Shown here in pieces: positions 29,073 to 36,386 of a stretch of 37,035 bases of DNA; position 1 is the first letter of the stretch; every line of letters starts with the position of its first letter. The notes beneath the pieces are model-generated. The model was not told where the DNA came from, ran no database searches, and saw nothing but the letters and a program-made list of their open reading frames with translations. The position numbers and the translations under genes are program-made. The DNA is from an uncultured Clostridia bacterium. GTDB lineage: Bacteria; Bacillota; Clostridia; Christensenellales; UBA1242. Location: NCBI GenBank assembly GCA_944383255.1, contig CALWOY010000055.1:1-37035 (forward strand), read 5' to 3'.

Positions 29073-29106
29073 AAATAAGGAAGAGTAAAATCTTTCCTTA
29101 TTTTTT
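29071..29106 (+). terminator. Intrinsic terminator of the MerR gene
   Basis: AAAAATAAGGAA / TTCCTTATTTTT stem with T-tract. Confidence 0.75.
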
Positions 29107-29170
29107 ATATGTTTGTGACTAAATCGTGACCCCAAAAAAATTTACACACGCAGAATAGTACAATATAAAC

Positions 29171-29198
29171 AAAAAAAAACACCACAATATTGGTGTTT
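29171..29198 (-). terminator. Terminator of the tRNA operon
   Basis: AAACACCA / TGGTGTTT stem followed on the minus strand by a U-tract, 7 nt past the tRNA-Tyr 3' end. Confidence 0.7.
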
Positions 29199-29205
29199 AA
29201 TTAGG

Positions 29206-29290
29206 TGGTGGGCAGGGATGGATTCGAACCATCGAAGGCGAAGCCGACGGATTTACAGTCCGTTGCATTTGACCGCTCTGCAACCTACCC
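29206..29290 (-). tRNA. tRNA-Tyr (GTA)
   Basis: GGGTAGG...CTGTAAA anticodon loop, long variable arm, GGTTCGAATCC, encoded CCA. Confidence 0.96.
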
Positions 29291-29294
29291 AAAT

Positions 29295-29369
29295 TGGAGC
29301 TAGTGATTGGAATCGAACCAACAACCTGCTGATTACAAATCAGCTGCTCTACCGTTGAGCCACACTAGC
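29295..29369 (-). tRNA. tRNA-Thr (TGT)
   Basis: GCTAGTG...GCTGA TTTGTAA TCAGC, GGTTCGATTCC, encoded CCA. Confidence 0.96.
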
Positions 29370-29480
29370 AAGTCTTAGTAGTCTTTATGAGAAAACCAAC
29401 AAACTCGAACTACTAATTAAAGTTGGGAAAGTGTAATGGGAATGAAATGTTGGTTTTTTGATGTCCCGATAGGGCACATC

Positions 29481-29556
29481 TGGTGCCGCGGGGCGGAATC
29501 GAACCACCGACACAAGGATTTTCAGTCCTTTGCTCTACCGACTGAGCTACCGAGGC
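29481..29556 (-). tRNA. tRNA-Phe (GAA)
   Basis: GCCTCGG...AAGGA CTGAAAA TCCTT, GGTTCGATTCC, encoded CCA. Confidence 0.96.
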
Positions 29557-29560
29557 AAAT

Positions 29561-29637
29561 TGGCGATCCGGATGGGATTCGAACCCACGACCTCTAGCGT
29601 GACAGGCTAGCGTTCTAACCAACTGAACTACCGAACC
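29561..29637 (-). tRNA. tRNA-Asp (GTC)
   Basis: GGTTCGG...CTAGC CTGTCAC GCTAG, G73 discriminator, encoded CCA. Confidence 0.96.
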
Positions 29638-29656
29638 ATATATTATTTGCGGGTAT

Positions 29657-29733
29657 TGGTGGGTCTTCAGGGACTCGAACCCCGGACCGACCGGTTATGA
29701 GCCGGTTGCTCTAACCAACTGAGCTAAAGACCC
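29657..29733 (-). tRNA. tRNA with CAT anticodon, most likely tRNA-Ile2 (lysidine-modified)
   Basis: GGGTCTTTAGCTCAGTTGGTTAGAGCA ACCGG CTCATAA CCGGT resembles Bacillota Ile2 rather than initiator or elongator Met. Confidence 0.88.
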
Positions 29734-29737
29734 ACAA

Positions 29738-29813
29738 TGGTCGGGGTGAAGAGACTCGAACTCCCGGCCCCATGGTCCCAAACCACGTGCGCTACCAACT
29801 GCGCTACACCCCG
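29738..29813 (-). tRNA. tRNA-Pro (TGG)
   Basis: CGGGGTG...TTTGGGA anticodon loop, C1-G72, encoded CCA. Confidence 0.96.
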
Positions 29814-29831
29814 ATATCTTGCGACTTTAAT

Positions 29832-29860
29832 ATAGTATTATAACTTTAAAACAAAGTCAA
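29832..29860 (-). promoter_or_regulatory. sigma-A promoter of the tRNA operon
   Basis: Minus strand TTGACT (29860-29855), 17 bp spacer, TACTAT (29837-29832), A-tract UP element. Confidence 0.8.
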
Positions 29861-29900
29861 GCATTTTTTTAAAAAATTTCAATTGTTTTTTATCTCTAAA

Positions 29901-29917
29901 TTCGACCTCTTTAGACA
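29901..29917 (-). promoter_or_regulatory. Tandem Spo0A boxes upstream of spoIIA
   Basis: TTCGACC (29901-29907) and TTAGACA (29911-29917), each one mismatch from TTCGACA (reverse complement of TGTCGAA), 10-bp period. Confidence 0.6.
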
Positions 29918-29975
29918 ATGTATTATATTTTCTTACATATCTATTTTGTTACAATATAAAACAAGGAGGCATTTT

Positions 29976-30284
29976 ATGCAGATTAAACACAGAGTTTATG
30001 AAAACACACTATATGTTGTACTTAGCGGAGAACTCGACGAGCATTCAGCGTACAGTGCAAGAATTGGACTGGACGAAATATTTGATATGCCAAAATTTAA
30101 ACAAATTATTATAGATTTATCAGAATTAGATTTTATGGATAGTACTGGTATTGGTGTTTTAATTGGTAGGTATAAAAGAATGAAAGATAAAAACATTCCA
30201 ATATTTATATGCAACCCTTCAAGTCACGCAGAAAGAATATTTAAAATGACAGGGTTATATGACATTATGCCAAAAATTTCTTAA
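29976..30284 (+). CDS. spoIIAA: Anti-sigma F factor antagonist SpoIIAA
   Basis: STAS domain GELDEH, FMDSTGIGVLIGRYK; start set at ATG 29976 after AAGGAGG. Confidence 0.95.
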   Translation: MQIKHRVYENTLYVVLSGELDEHSAYSARIGLDEIFDMPKFKQIIIDLSELDFMDSTGIGVLIGRYKRMKDKNIPIFICNPSSHAERIFKMTGLYDIMPKIS

Positions 30285-30295
30285 AAGGAGAAGAT

Positions 30296-30745
30296 ATGAA
30301 ATTATTAAATGAAATGGAATTAAACTTTAAGGCTTTATCAATAAATGAGGGTTTTGCTAGATCTTGTGTTGCAGCATTTTGCGTACAGGCTAATCCAACA
30401 TTGGATGAAATAACAGATATAAAAACAGCAGTTTCAGAAGCAGTTACTAACTGTGTTGTACACGCATATCCAAGTTTACCAGGGAATGTTTGTATCAAGG
30501 TAAAATTATATGAAGAGAGTGTAGATATTGAAGTTATAGATAATGGAATAGGTATAGAAGATTTTTCAAAAGCACGTGAACCATTTTATACTTCAAAACC
30601 AAATGAAGAAAGAAGTGGAATGGGTTTTTCTGTTATGGAAAGTTTTATGGACAATTTAGAACTTAAAAACAATGTAGAATCTGGACTTATTGTCAAAATG
30701 CAAAAGTTTTTTCACAAACGTGCAAAAGTAGCCGTAGGGGAGTAA
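30296..30745 (+). CDS. spoIIAB: Anti-sigma F factor SpoIIAB
   Basis: NEGFAR, IKTAVSEAVTNCVVHAY, DNGIGI, ERSGMGF. Confidence 0.97.
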   Translation: MKLLNEMELNFKALSINEGFARSCVAAFCVQANPTLDEITDIKTAVSEAVTNCVVHAYPSLPGNVCIKVKLYEESVDIEVIDNGIGIEDFSKAREPFYTSKPNEERSGMGFSVMESFMDNLELKNNVESGLIVKMQKFFHKRAKVAVGE

Positions 30746-30746
30746 A

Positions 30747-31472
30747 GTGTTAGACCAAAATACTACACTTGAACTTATAACCAAAGCTAAAAAAGGTGAT
30801 GAAAGTGCAAAAACAAAACTATTTGAAGAAAATTCTCCACTTATTAAAAGTGTTATAAAAAGATTTTTGCACAAAGGCATTGAATATGATGATTTATACC
30901 AAATTGGGACAATAGGTCTTTTAAAAGCCATAAATAACTTTGACGAAAAATTTAATGTTAAATTTTCAACATATGTTGTACCTATGGTAATTGGTGAAAT
31001 AAAGCGCTTTATGCGCGATGACGGAGCCATTAAAGTATCTAGGACAATTAAAACATTGAATTTAAAAATAAGGAAATATATTGAAGAATTTAACAGAGAA
31101 AATTATAGGAAACCCACTCCACAAGAGATAGCAAAAAAATTTGATATTGACGAAGCAGAGGTAATCTTTACAATGGATTCAGCAGCCATGCCTATATCGA
31201 TTTACACACCATTTGAAGATGACTCAAAAAGTTTACTTTTGATTGATAGGCTAAATCCAGATAATTCACACGAAAAAATGATTGATAATATCATGCTTAA
31301 AGAAGTATTAAAATCTTTGGATAAAAGGGATAAGAAAATAATACTCTTAAGATTTTTTAGAGATAAAACTCAAAGTGAAATTGCCAAAGTTCTTGGTGTT
31401 TCTCAGGTGCAGGTAAGTAGACTTGAAAATAAGGTTTTAGAAAAAATAAAGGATAAACTTAGCGTAATGTAA
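30747..31472 (+). CDS. sigF: Sporulation sigma factor SigF
   Basis: DDLYQIGTIGLLKA, FSTYVVPMVIGEIKRFMRDDG, TQSEIAKVLGVSQVQVSRLE; third gene of spoIIA. Confidence 0.95.
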   Translation: MLDQNTTLELITKAKKGDESAKTKLFEENSPLIKSVIKRFLHKGIEYDDLYQIGTIGLLKAINNFDEKFNVKFSTYVVPMVIGEIKRFMRDDGAIKVSRTIKTLNLKIRKYIEEFNRENYRKPTPQEIAKKFDIDEAEVIFTMDSAAMPISIYTPFEDDSKSLLLIDRLNPDNSHEKMIDNIMLKEVLKSLDKRDKKIILLRFFRDKTQSEIAKVLGVSQVQVSRLENKVLEKIKDKLSVM

Positions 31473-31507
31473 AAAGTGGACATTATAAAGTTCACTTTTC
31501 TTTTTTT
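31472..31507. terminator. Terminator between sigF and the convergent lipoprotein gene
   Basis: AAAAGTGGAC / GTTCACTTTT stem followed by CTTTTTTT. Confidence 0.6.
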
Positions 31508-32562
31508 ACTCTTTCAATTCTTGGTTTTTCATATTCTATATCATAATTATTTTCATCATCATCTTCTTCATCATTATATGGTTTATAAGTATCAATATTT
31601 CTATAAGTGCCAAAAGTATCAATATTTGGAAGATAGGGATTATATCTTCCATAGGGTGAATAAGGGTATCCGCCATATCCATAGCCACCAAAACCACGAC
31701 CTCCCATATAACCACCATAACCGTAATAAGGATTATTCATGCCATAGCCAGCACCATTATATCCATATCCGTAACCATAATTATTGGCATTTTCGTTGTT
31801 CTGTGTATTTTTTCTATCTTGTTTGTTTTTGTAATTATTTGTTGCATTTTTATATGTGTCAATATTTGAAAATGATTTAGAAACACTTTCTGCTTCGCCA
31901 CTTGGGCGATAAATATAATAAAGTGTATCGTAAAGGCTGTTCATTGAATTATTTATATTTTCAAGATAAGTGTTTTTTGTCTGTAGTGATGAACATAGTC
32001 TGGTATATTTTGAAGTCAATTGTTCCACATTTCTTGTGTAATTTCTTTTCAAAGATAAAGTAGAGTTTAATTCATTTGTTACATCATCTCTTGTAATCAT
32101 CAATCTATTTACATTCATCAAAATATTATTACAAATGTCATCAATTGAATTATTTGTATCATTTGAAAGTTTAGATTTATTTGAATCTATAAGTTTACTA
32201 ATGGTGCGGATATCATCCATATTGGCATCAATTTCTAATAAAATATCATTTGTATCGTTATTTAAGTCTATTGCGTTATGTGCTTCATTACTTAGTTTTA
32301 AAATATTATTTATAAAACTGTCCATAACATATGAACCGCTAGTAAATGTTGCTCCATCATAACCAGTACCTGTATTATCTTCGTCCATTATATTATCTAT
32401 TAAAAGAATATCGTTAGAAATTTTATCCATACTTTCTACGAGATTTTGAACTTTGTCTATAGTAGTATTTACTTTGCTTAATGTTCTCATAGATGCATCT
32501 TGACAAGCAGTAAGGGTGACAATAGATAAAACAAGCATTAAACAAACCAAAATTTTTTTCAT
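31492..32562 (-). CDS. Hypothetical lipoprotein with helical Asn-rich body and Gly/Tyr-rich low-complexity C-terminus
   Basis: SD GGAGG, MKK-hydrophobic-LTAC lipobox (Cys20), 356 aa open frame; no family recognised. Confidence 0.8.
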   Translation of the reverse strand: MKKILVCLMLVLSIVTLTACQDASMRTLSKVNTTIDKVQNLVESMDKISNDILLIDNIMDEDNTGTGYDGATFTSGSYVMDSFINNILKLSNEAHNAIDLNNDTNDILLEIDANMDDIRTISKLIDSNKSKLSNDTNNSIDDICNNILMNVNRLMITRDDVTNELNSTLSLKRNYTRNVEQLTSKYTRLCSSLQTKNTYLENINNSMNSLYDTLYYIYRPSGEAESVSKSFSNIDTYKNATNNYKNKQDRKNTQNNENANNYGYGYGYNGAGYGMNNPYYGYGGYMGGRGFGGYGYGGYPYSPYGRYNPYLPNIDTFGTYRNIDTYKPYNDEEDDDENNYDIEYEKPRIERVKKEK

Positions 32563-32656
32563 ATTTCCTCCGTTATTAGTTTTTGTAATTTAGATAAAAT
32601 TATGTATATCTCGTTTATTTGATAAAATAATGTCAATAACTGATTTGGAGGATTTT

Positions 32657-33103
32657 ATGCAAGAACAAGAACGCAATATAAGATACAACGCATATGTTGA
32701 AGCTAAAATTGCTAAAACTCATGCTTGGCCAAGCCTTTTTAACTCATTTTGGGTTGGAGGACTAATTTGTACTTTAGGTCAACTATGTAATGACTTAATA
32801 TTACTTTGGTTTCCAAGCGTTTCAACTCAAAGTGCATGGGCATATACACTAATAATCTTAATCTTTTTAGCATCATTTTTGACTGGTCTTGGTGTATTTG
32901 ATAAAATAGGTGCATTTGCAGGTGCTGGAACAATTGTGCCAATTACTGGATTTTCTAACTCAATCGCGAGCCCAGCAATTGAATTTAAAAATGAGGGAAT
33001 AATATTTGGTATGTGTGCAAAGATGTTCATAATAGCAGGACCAGTTATTGTATCTGGAACAGTTGCGAGTATGATTGTTGGTCTAATATATTTGTTTTTG
33101 TAA
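32657..33103 (+). CDS. spoVAC: Stage V sporulation protein AC
   Basis: FWVGGLICTLGQ, GAGTIVPITGFSNS, KMFIIAGPVIV; start set at ATG 32657 after GGAGG. Confidence 0.95.
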   Translation: MQEQERNIRYNAYVEAKIAKTHAWPSLFNSFWVGGLICTLGQLCNDLILLWFPSVSTQSAWAYTLIILIFLASFLTGLGVFDKIGAFAGAGTIVPITGFSNSIASPAIEFKNEGIIFGMCAKMFIIAGPVIVSGTVASMIVGLIYLFL

Positions 33104-33104
33104 G

Positions 33105-34127
33105 GTGATTATGGAAAGGAAAAGAGGAAATCAAACAGTATTTTTTAATAACAAACCAAAGATAATCGGACACTACAGTATAGTGGGACCAAAAGAAGGA
33201 AAGGGACACCTTAGAAAGTATTTTAGCCAAATAGAAGAAAAAGATGATTTCTTTGGACAGAAAACCTATGAAAAAGCAGAAAGAGTGATGATTGAAAGAG
33301 CACTAGATGGTGCCATAAAAAGTGCAAATGCCAAGTATAGTGATGTCCATTTATTTATGGCAGGTGATTTATTAAATCAAATAATAAGTTCAAGTTATGC
33401 CGCACGTTCTTTTGATATTCCATATGTAGGGGTATTTGGTGCATGTTCTACTATGGCAGAATCACTTGCACTAAGTGCTTGTCTAGTTGACGGCGGACAT
33501 TTTGATACAATAGCATGTGCAACATCAAGCCATTTTTCTACTGCTGAAAGACAATTTAGGTTTCCTTTGGAACTAGGTAATCAACGTCCGCCGACTTCAC
33601 AATGGACTGTAACCGGTTCAGGTGCAGATGTTGTTTCAATAAAAGGGAATGGTCCAAGAATAACTTCGGCAACTTTTGGCAAAGTAACAGACTTTGGAAT
33701 AAACGATGTAAATAATATGGGTGCTGCTATGGCACCTGCGGCAATGAATACTTTAATTGCTCATTTTAAAGATACAAATACTACACCTGATGATTATGAT
33801 TTAATTTTATCTGGAGATTTAGGTAAGCTAGGCAGTGAAATACTCATCGACCTTATGGAAGATCAAGGATATAAACTTGGTTTAAATTATAAAGACTGTG
33901 GACAAATGATATTCAAAAGGAATCAAAATGTACTGATGGGTGGTAGTGGTTGCGGATGTAGTGCTACGGTTTTTAATTCTATCATAATGAAAAAGTTGAT
34001 TGCAGGTGAATATAAAAAAGTATTGTTTATGGCAACTGGTGCTTTACTTAGTACAACGAGTTCACAGCAAGGGGACACTGTGCCAGGTATAGCACACGCA
34101 GTGGTAATAGAAGGAGTAGAAAAATGA
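33105..34127 (+). CDS. spoVAD: Stage V sporulation protein AD
   Basis: VGPKEG.G.L, AGDLLNQ, GACST, SSHF.TAERQFRFPLE, GGSGCGCS; start may be ATG 33111. Confidence 0.97.
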   Translation: MIMERKRGNQTVFFNNKPKIIGHYSIVGPKEGKGHLRKYFSQIEEKDDFFGQKTYEKAERVMIERALDGAIKSANAKYSDVHLFMAGDLLNQIISSSYAARSFDIPYVGVFGACSTMAESLALSACLVDGGHFDTIACATSSHFSTAERQFRFPLELGNQRPPTSQWTVTGSGADVVSIKGNGPRITSATFGKVTDFGINDVNNMGAAMAPAAMNTLIAHFKDTNTTPDDYDLILSGDLGKLGSEILIDLMEDQGYKLGLNYKDCGQMIFKRNQNVLMGGSGCGCSATVFNSIIMKKLIAGEYKKVLFMATGALLSTTSSQQGDTVPGIAHAVVIEGVEK

Positions 34128-34495
34128 ATGAATGGTATGTGTATTTAATTATATTTGCTACCGGTGGACTAATATGTTTTTTGGGGCAAATTTTGATAAT
34201 AAAAACTAAAATGACATCAGCAAGAATTTTGGTGACTTTTGTTGTCTTGGGAGTTGTGCTTGAAGCAATTGGCATTTTTGATCCTATAAGCGAATTTTGT
34301 AAAGCAGGTATAAATGTTCCAATTATCGGATTTGGGGCATCACTTGCAAAAGGAGCAATTAGTGCGGTTAAATCAAACGGCATTTTAGGAATATTTACAG
34401 GGGGTTTAACTGCTACCGCTGGAGGCATTGCTGCCGCTATATTCTTTGCATTCATATTTGGAATTATATTTAGAGCAAAAACAAAGAAATTGTAG
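34124..34495 (+). CDS. spoVAE: Stage V sporulation protein AE (SpoVAEb type)
   Basis: GGLICFLGQ, ARILVTFVVLG, VPIIGFG, GGLTATAGGI. Confidence 0.93.
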   Translation: MNEWYVYLIIFATGGLICFLGQILIIKTKMTSARILVTFVVLGVVLEAIGIFDPISEFCKAGINVPIIGFGASLAKGAISAVKSNGILGIFTGGLTATAGGIAAAIFFAFIFGIIFRAKTKKL

Positions 34496-34528
34496 AAAGT
34501 TAAAATTTTGGTGCATATAGATTATTAT

Positions 34529-35206
34529 ATGACACATATAAATAACAGAACAAAAAGAAAAATGCCAATAAAACTTAAAATTGGCATAATTGTTTGTATA
34601 CTGTTAATAATTGTTCTTTTTATATTTGTTTATTTAAATTATGTTGTAAACCCAGTTATAATTGAATTTTCAACAGCACAAACACGTTCTCTTTCACAAA
34701 AAGCAGTCGAAGAAGCCGTTTATCGCACTATAAATTCTGGTATTGTTTATGATGACCTTATAACTATAAATCGAGATGAAAACGGTGACATAATGTATAT
34801 CAGTACCAATTCTCTACAAATCAATTTGCTTGCAAGAGAACTCGTAAAGAATGCACAAGTTCAGTTAGAAAATATGGGAGAAAAAGGTATAGATGTTCCT
34901 ATCGGAACATTTACAGGAATGCCAATATTAGTTGGGCGTGGTCCAGAGATAAATATAAAATTACTTCCAATTGGAAGTATATCTTGTCGATTTAGTTCAG
35001 AGTTTATAGAAGCGGGCATAAATCAGACAAATCATAAAATTTATTTGACTGTAACAACTAATGTATCAATAATATTGCCAACTGCAAATCAAACAATTCA
35101 AACAACGACGCAATTAATGATTGCAGAAAGTATTATTGTCGGAAAAATACCAGACACATATCTTAATTCATCATCAATAGACGATATGTTAAACTTAGTT
35201 CCTTAA
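34529..35206 (+). CDS. yunB: Sporulation protein YunB
   Basis: N-terminal TM, VPIG...GRGP.I, F.SEFIEAGINQTNHKI, E.IIVGKIP; exact start uncertain (34508, 34529 or 34562). Confidence 0.9.
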   Translation: MTHINNRTKRKMPIKLKIGIIVCILLIIVLFIFVYLNYVVNPVIIEFSTAQTRSLSQKAVEEAVYRTINSGIVYDDLITINRDENGDIMYISTNSLQINLLARELVKNAQVQLENMGEKGIDVPIGTFTGMPILVGRGPEINIKLLPIGSISCRFSSEFIEAGINQTNHKIYLTVTTNVSIILPTANQTIQTTTQLMIAESIIVGKIPDTYLNSSSIDDMLNLVP

Positions 35207-36073
35207 AAGTTTTTTGAAATCATCAGGAAAGGGAATACTTAAATTAATGTTCTTTCCGTTTGGCATTTGAAATGACATTTCTTTACAAACCAAGGCTGTG
35301 TGAGAAATTAAATCAGATTTTTCTCCATATATTGTATCACCAAGCAGTGGGTGACCTATAGAAGATAAATGTACTCTTATTTGGTGAGTTCTGCCATGCT
35401 CTAAAGTAATTTTTAAACAGCAATAACCATTGAAATTTTGTACTATTTGAACATGTGTAGTTGCAGGTTTTCCATTTGTAGAAACCACTCGTTTATTGAC
35501 ATTATAGCCGTCATTGTTAATTAAAGTGTCTATATTTTTATTGATTACAACATCACTTTCAATATTTCCGACACATAAGGCATAATAAACTTTTTTTACT
35601 GCATTAGGCTTATTTAAATAGTTACTAATTAAACTATTTTTGGCAACCAGGACTATTCCAGATGCTTCTTTATCTAATCTATTTATTATTCTTACAACGA
35701 AGTTTTCTTTTTCATATCTTGCTACAAGAGCCCCTGATAAATTATATGAAAAATGTGACCTAGAAGGCATTGTCGCCAACATACTTGGTTTGTTTATTGC
35801 AATCACATCTTCATCTTCATATACTATATCTAGTGGTATTATGCAAGGACATATCATTGTTTTTGTGTTTGGATTGATATTTACAGATATTATATCCCCA
35901 TCTTTTACATTTGTGTCACTATTGCATGCCACCCCATTTAATTTAATAAACCCAAACTTTTTTCTTAAATTTTTTAGATAGTTTTCACTATAACCATTTT
36001 TGCGAAGAAAAGAATAAATTGTTTGTCTTTCTGTGGCATTATTAACCACTATATCTTTATATTTAATTTCCAT
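35195..36073 (-). CDS. RluA-family RNA pseudouridine synthase
   Basis: S4-like N-terminus, IVYEDEDVIAINKP, NRLDKEASG (catalytic Asp), GRTHQIRVH, GHPLLGDTIY. Confidence 0.93.
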   Translation of the reverse strand: MEIKYKDIVVNNATERQTIYSFLRKNGYSENYLKNLRKKFGFIKLNGVACNSDTNVKDGDIISVNINPNTKTMICPCIIPLDIVYEDEDVIAINKPSMLATMPSRSHFSYNLSGALVARYEKENFVVRIINRLDKEASGIVLVAKNSLISNYLNKPNAVKKVYYALCVGNIESDVVINKNIDTLINNDGYNVNKRVVSTNGKPATTHVQIVQNFNGYCCLKITLEHGRTHQIRVHLSSIGHPLLGDTIYGEKSDLISHTALVCKEMSFQMPNGKNINLSIPFPDDFKKLLRN

Positions 36074-36081
36074 ATCTAAAG

Positions 36082-36110
36082 AATATACAACTTTTACATT
36101 AAAATTGCAA
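36082..36110 (-). promoter_or_regulatory. sigma-A promoter of the RluA-family gene
   Basis: Minus strand TTGCAA (36110-36105), 17 bp spacer, TATATT (36087-36082), 8 nt from the ATG. Confidence 0.6.
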
Positions 36111-36115
36111 AATGA

Positions 36116-36144
36116 TTGACAAACTTTTATGTATATGGTATCTT
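36116..36144 (+). promoter_or_regulatory. sigma-A promoter of the pheS T-box leader
   Basis: TTGACA (36116-36121), 17 bp spacer, TGgTATCTT (36136-36144). Confidence 0.7.
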
Positions 36145-36157
36145 TTTGTTGTTTTTG

Positions 36158-36386
36158 AAAAACGATGATGAAAGACTAGTAATTGCATTAACGGCAAACA
36201 GAGATGAAAATTCGTGGCTGAGAGATTTTCTTTGCTTGTATGCAATGAATTCACTTTCTAGTTGCCAACTGAAGTAGTAGTAGGATTGGTCGGGAGATCC
36301 CGTAACAGATCAAATGAGTGTGCTTTGCATAACTTAGGTGGTACCGTGGCACTTTGCCGCCCTAAGATTTGCAAAGTTTTTTATTT
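36158..36386 (+). promoter_or_regulatory. Phe-specific T-box riboswitch leader
   Basis: Stem I with AGTA, AGAGA and GCTGAGA motifs, specifier GAA-TTC-A (UUC at 36250-36252), stems II and IIA/B, T-box AGGTGGTACCGTG (36336-36348). Confidence 0.93.

Noticed and set aside
29413-29622. 69-aa ORF on the minus strand
   Set aside because: It is a translation of the tRNA-Asp and tRNA-Phe genes.
29883-29975. N-terminal extensions in the ORF track for spoIIAA (also 11037 and 32630)
   Set aside because: Downstream ATGs fit SD or promoter context and family length better.
31476-31880. His/Tyr-rich 134-aa ORF on +
   Set aside because: Antisense shadow of the lipoprotein's low-complexity tail; it starts inside the terminator and has no SD.
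32657-34495. Absence of spoVAA, spoVAB and spoVAF
   Set aside because: The spoVAC-VAD-VAE set is the usual minimal clostridial arrangement.
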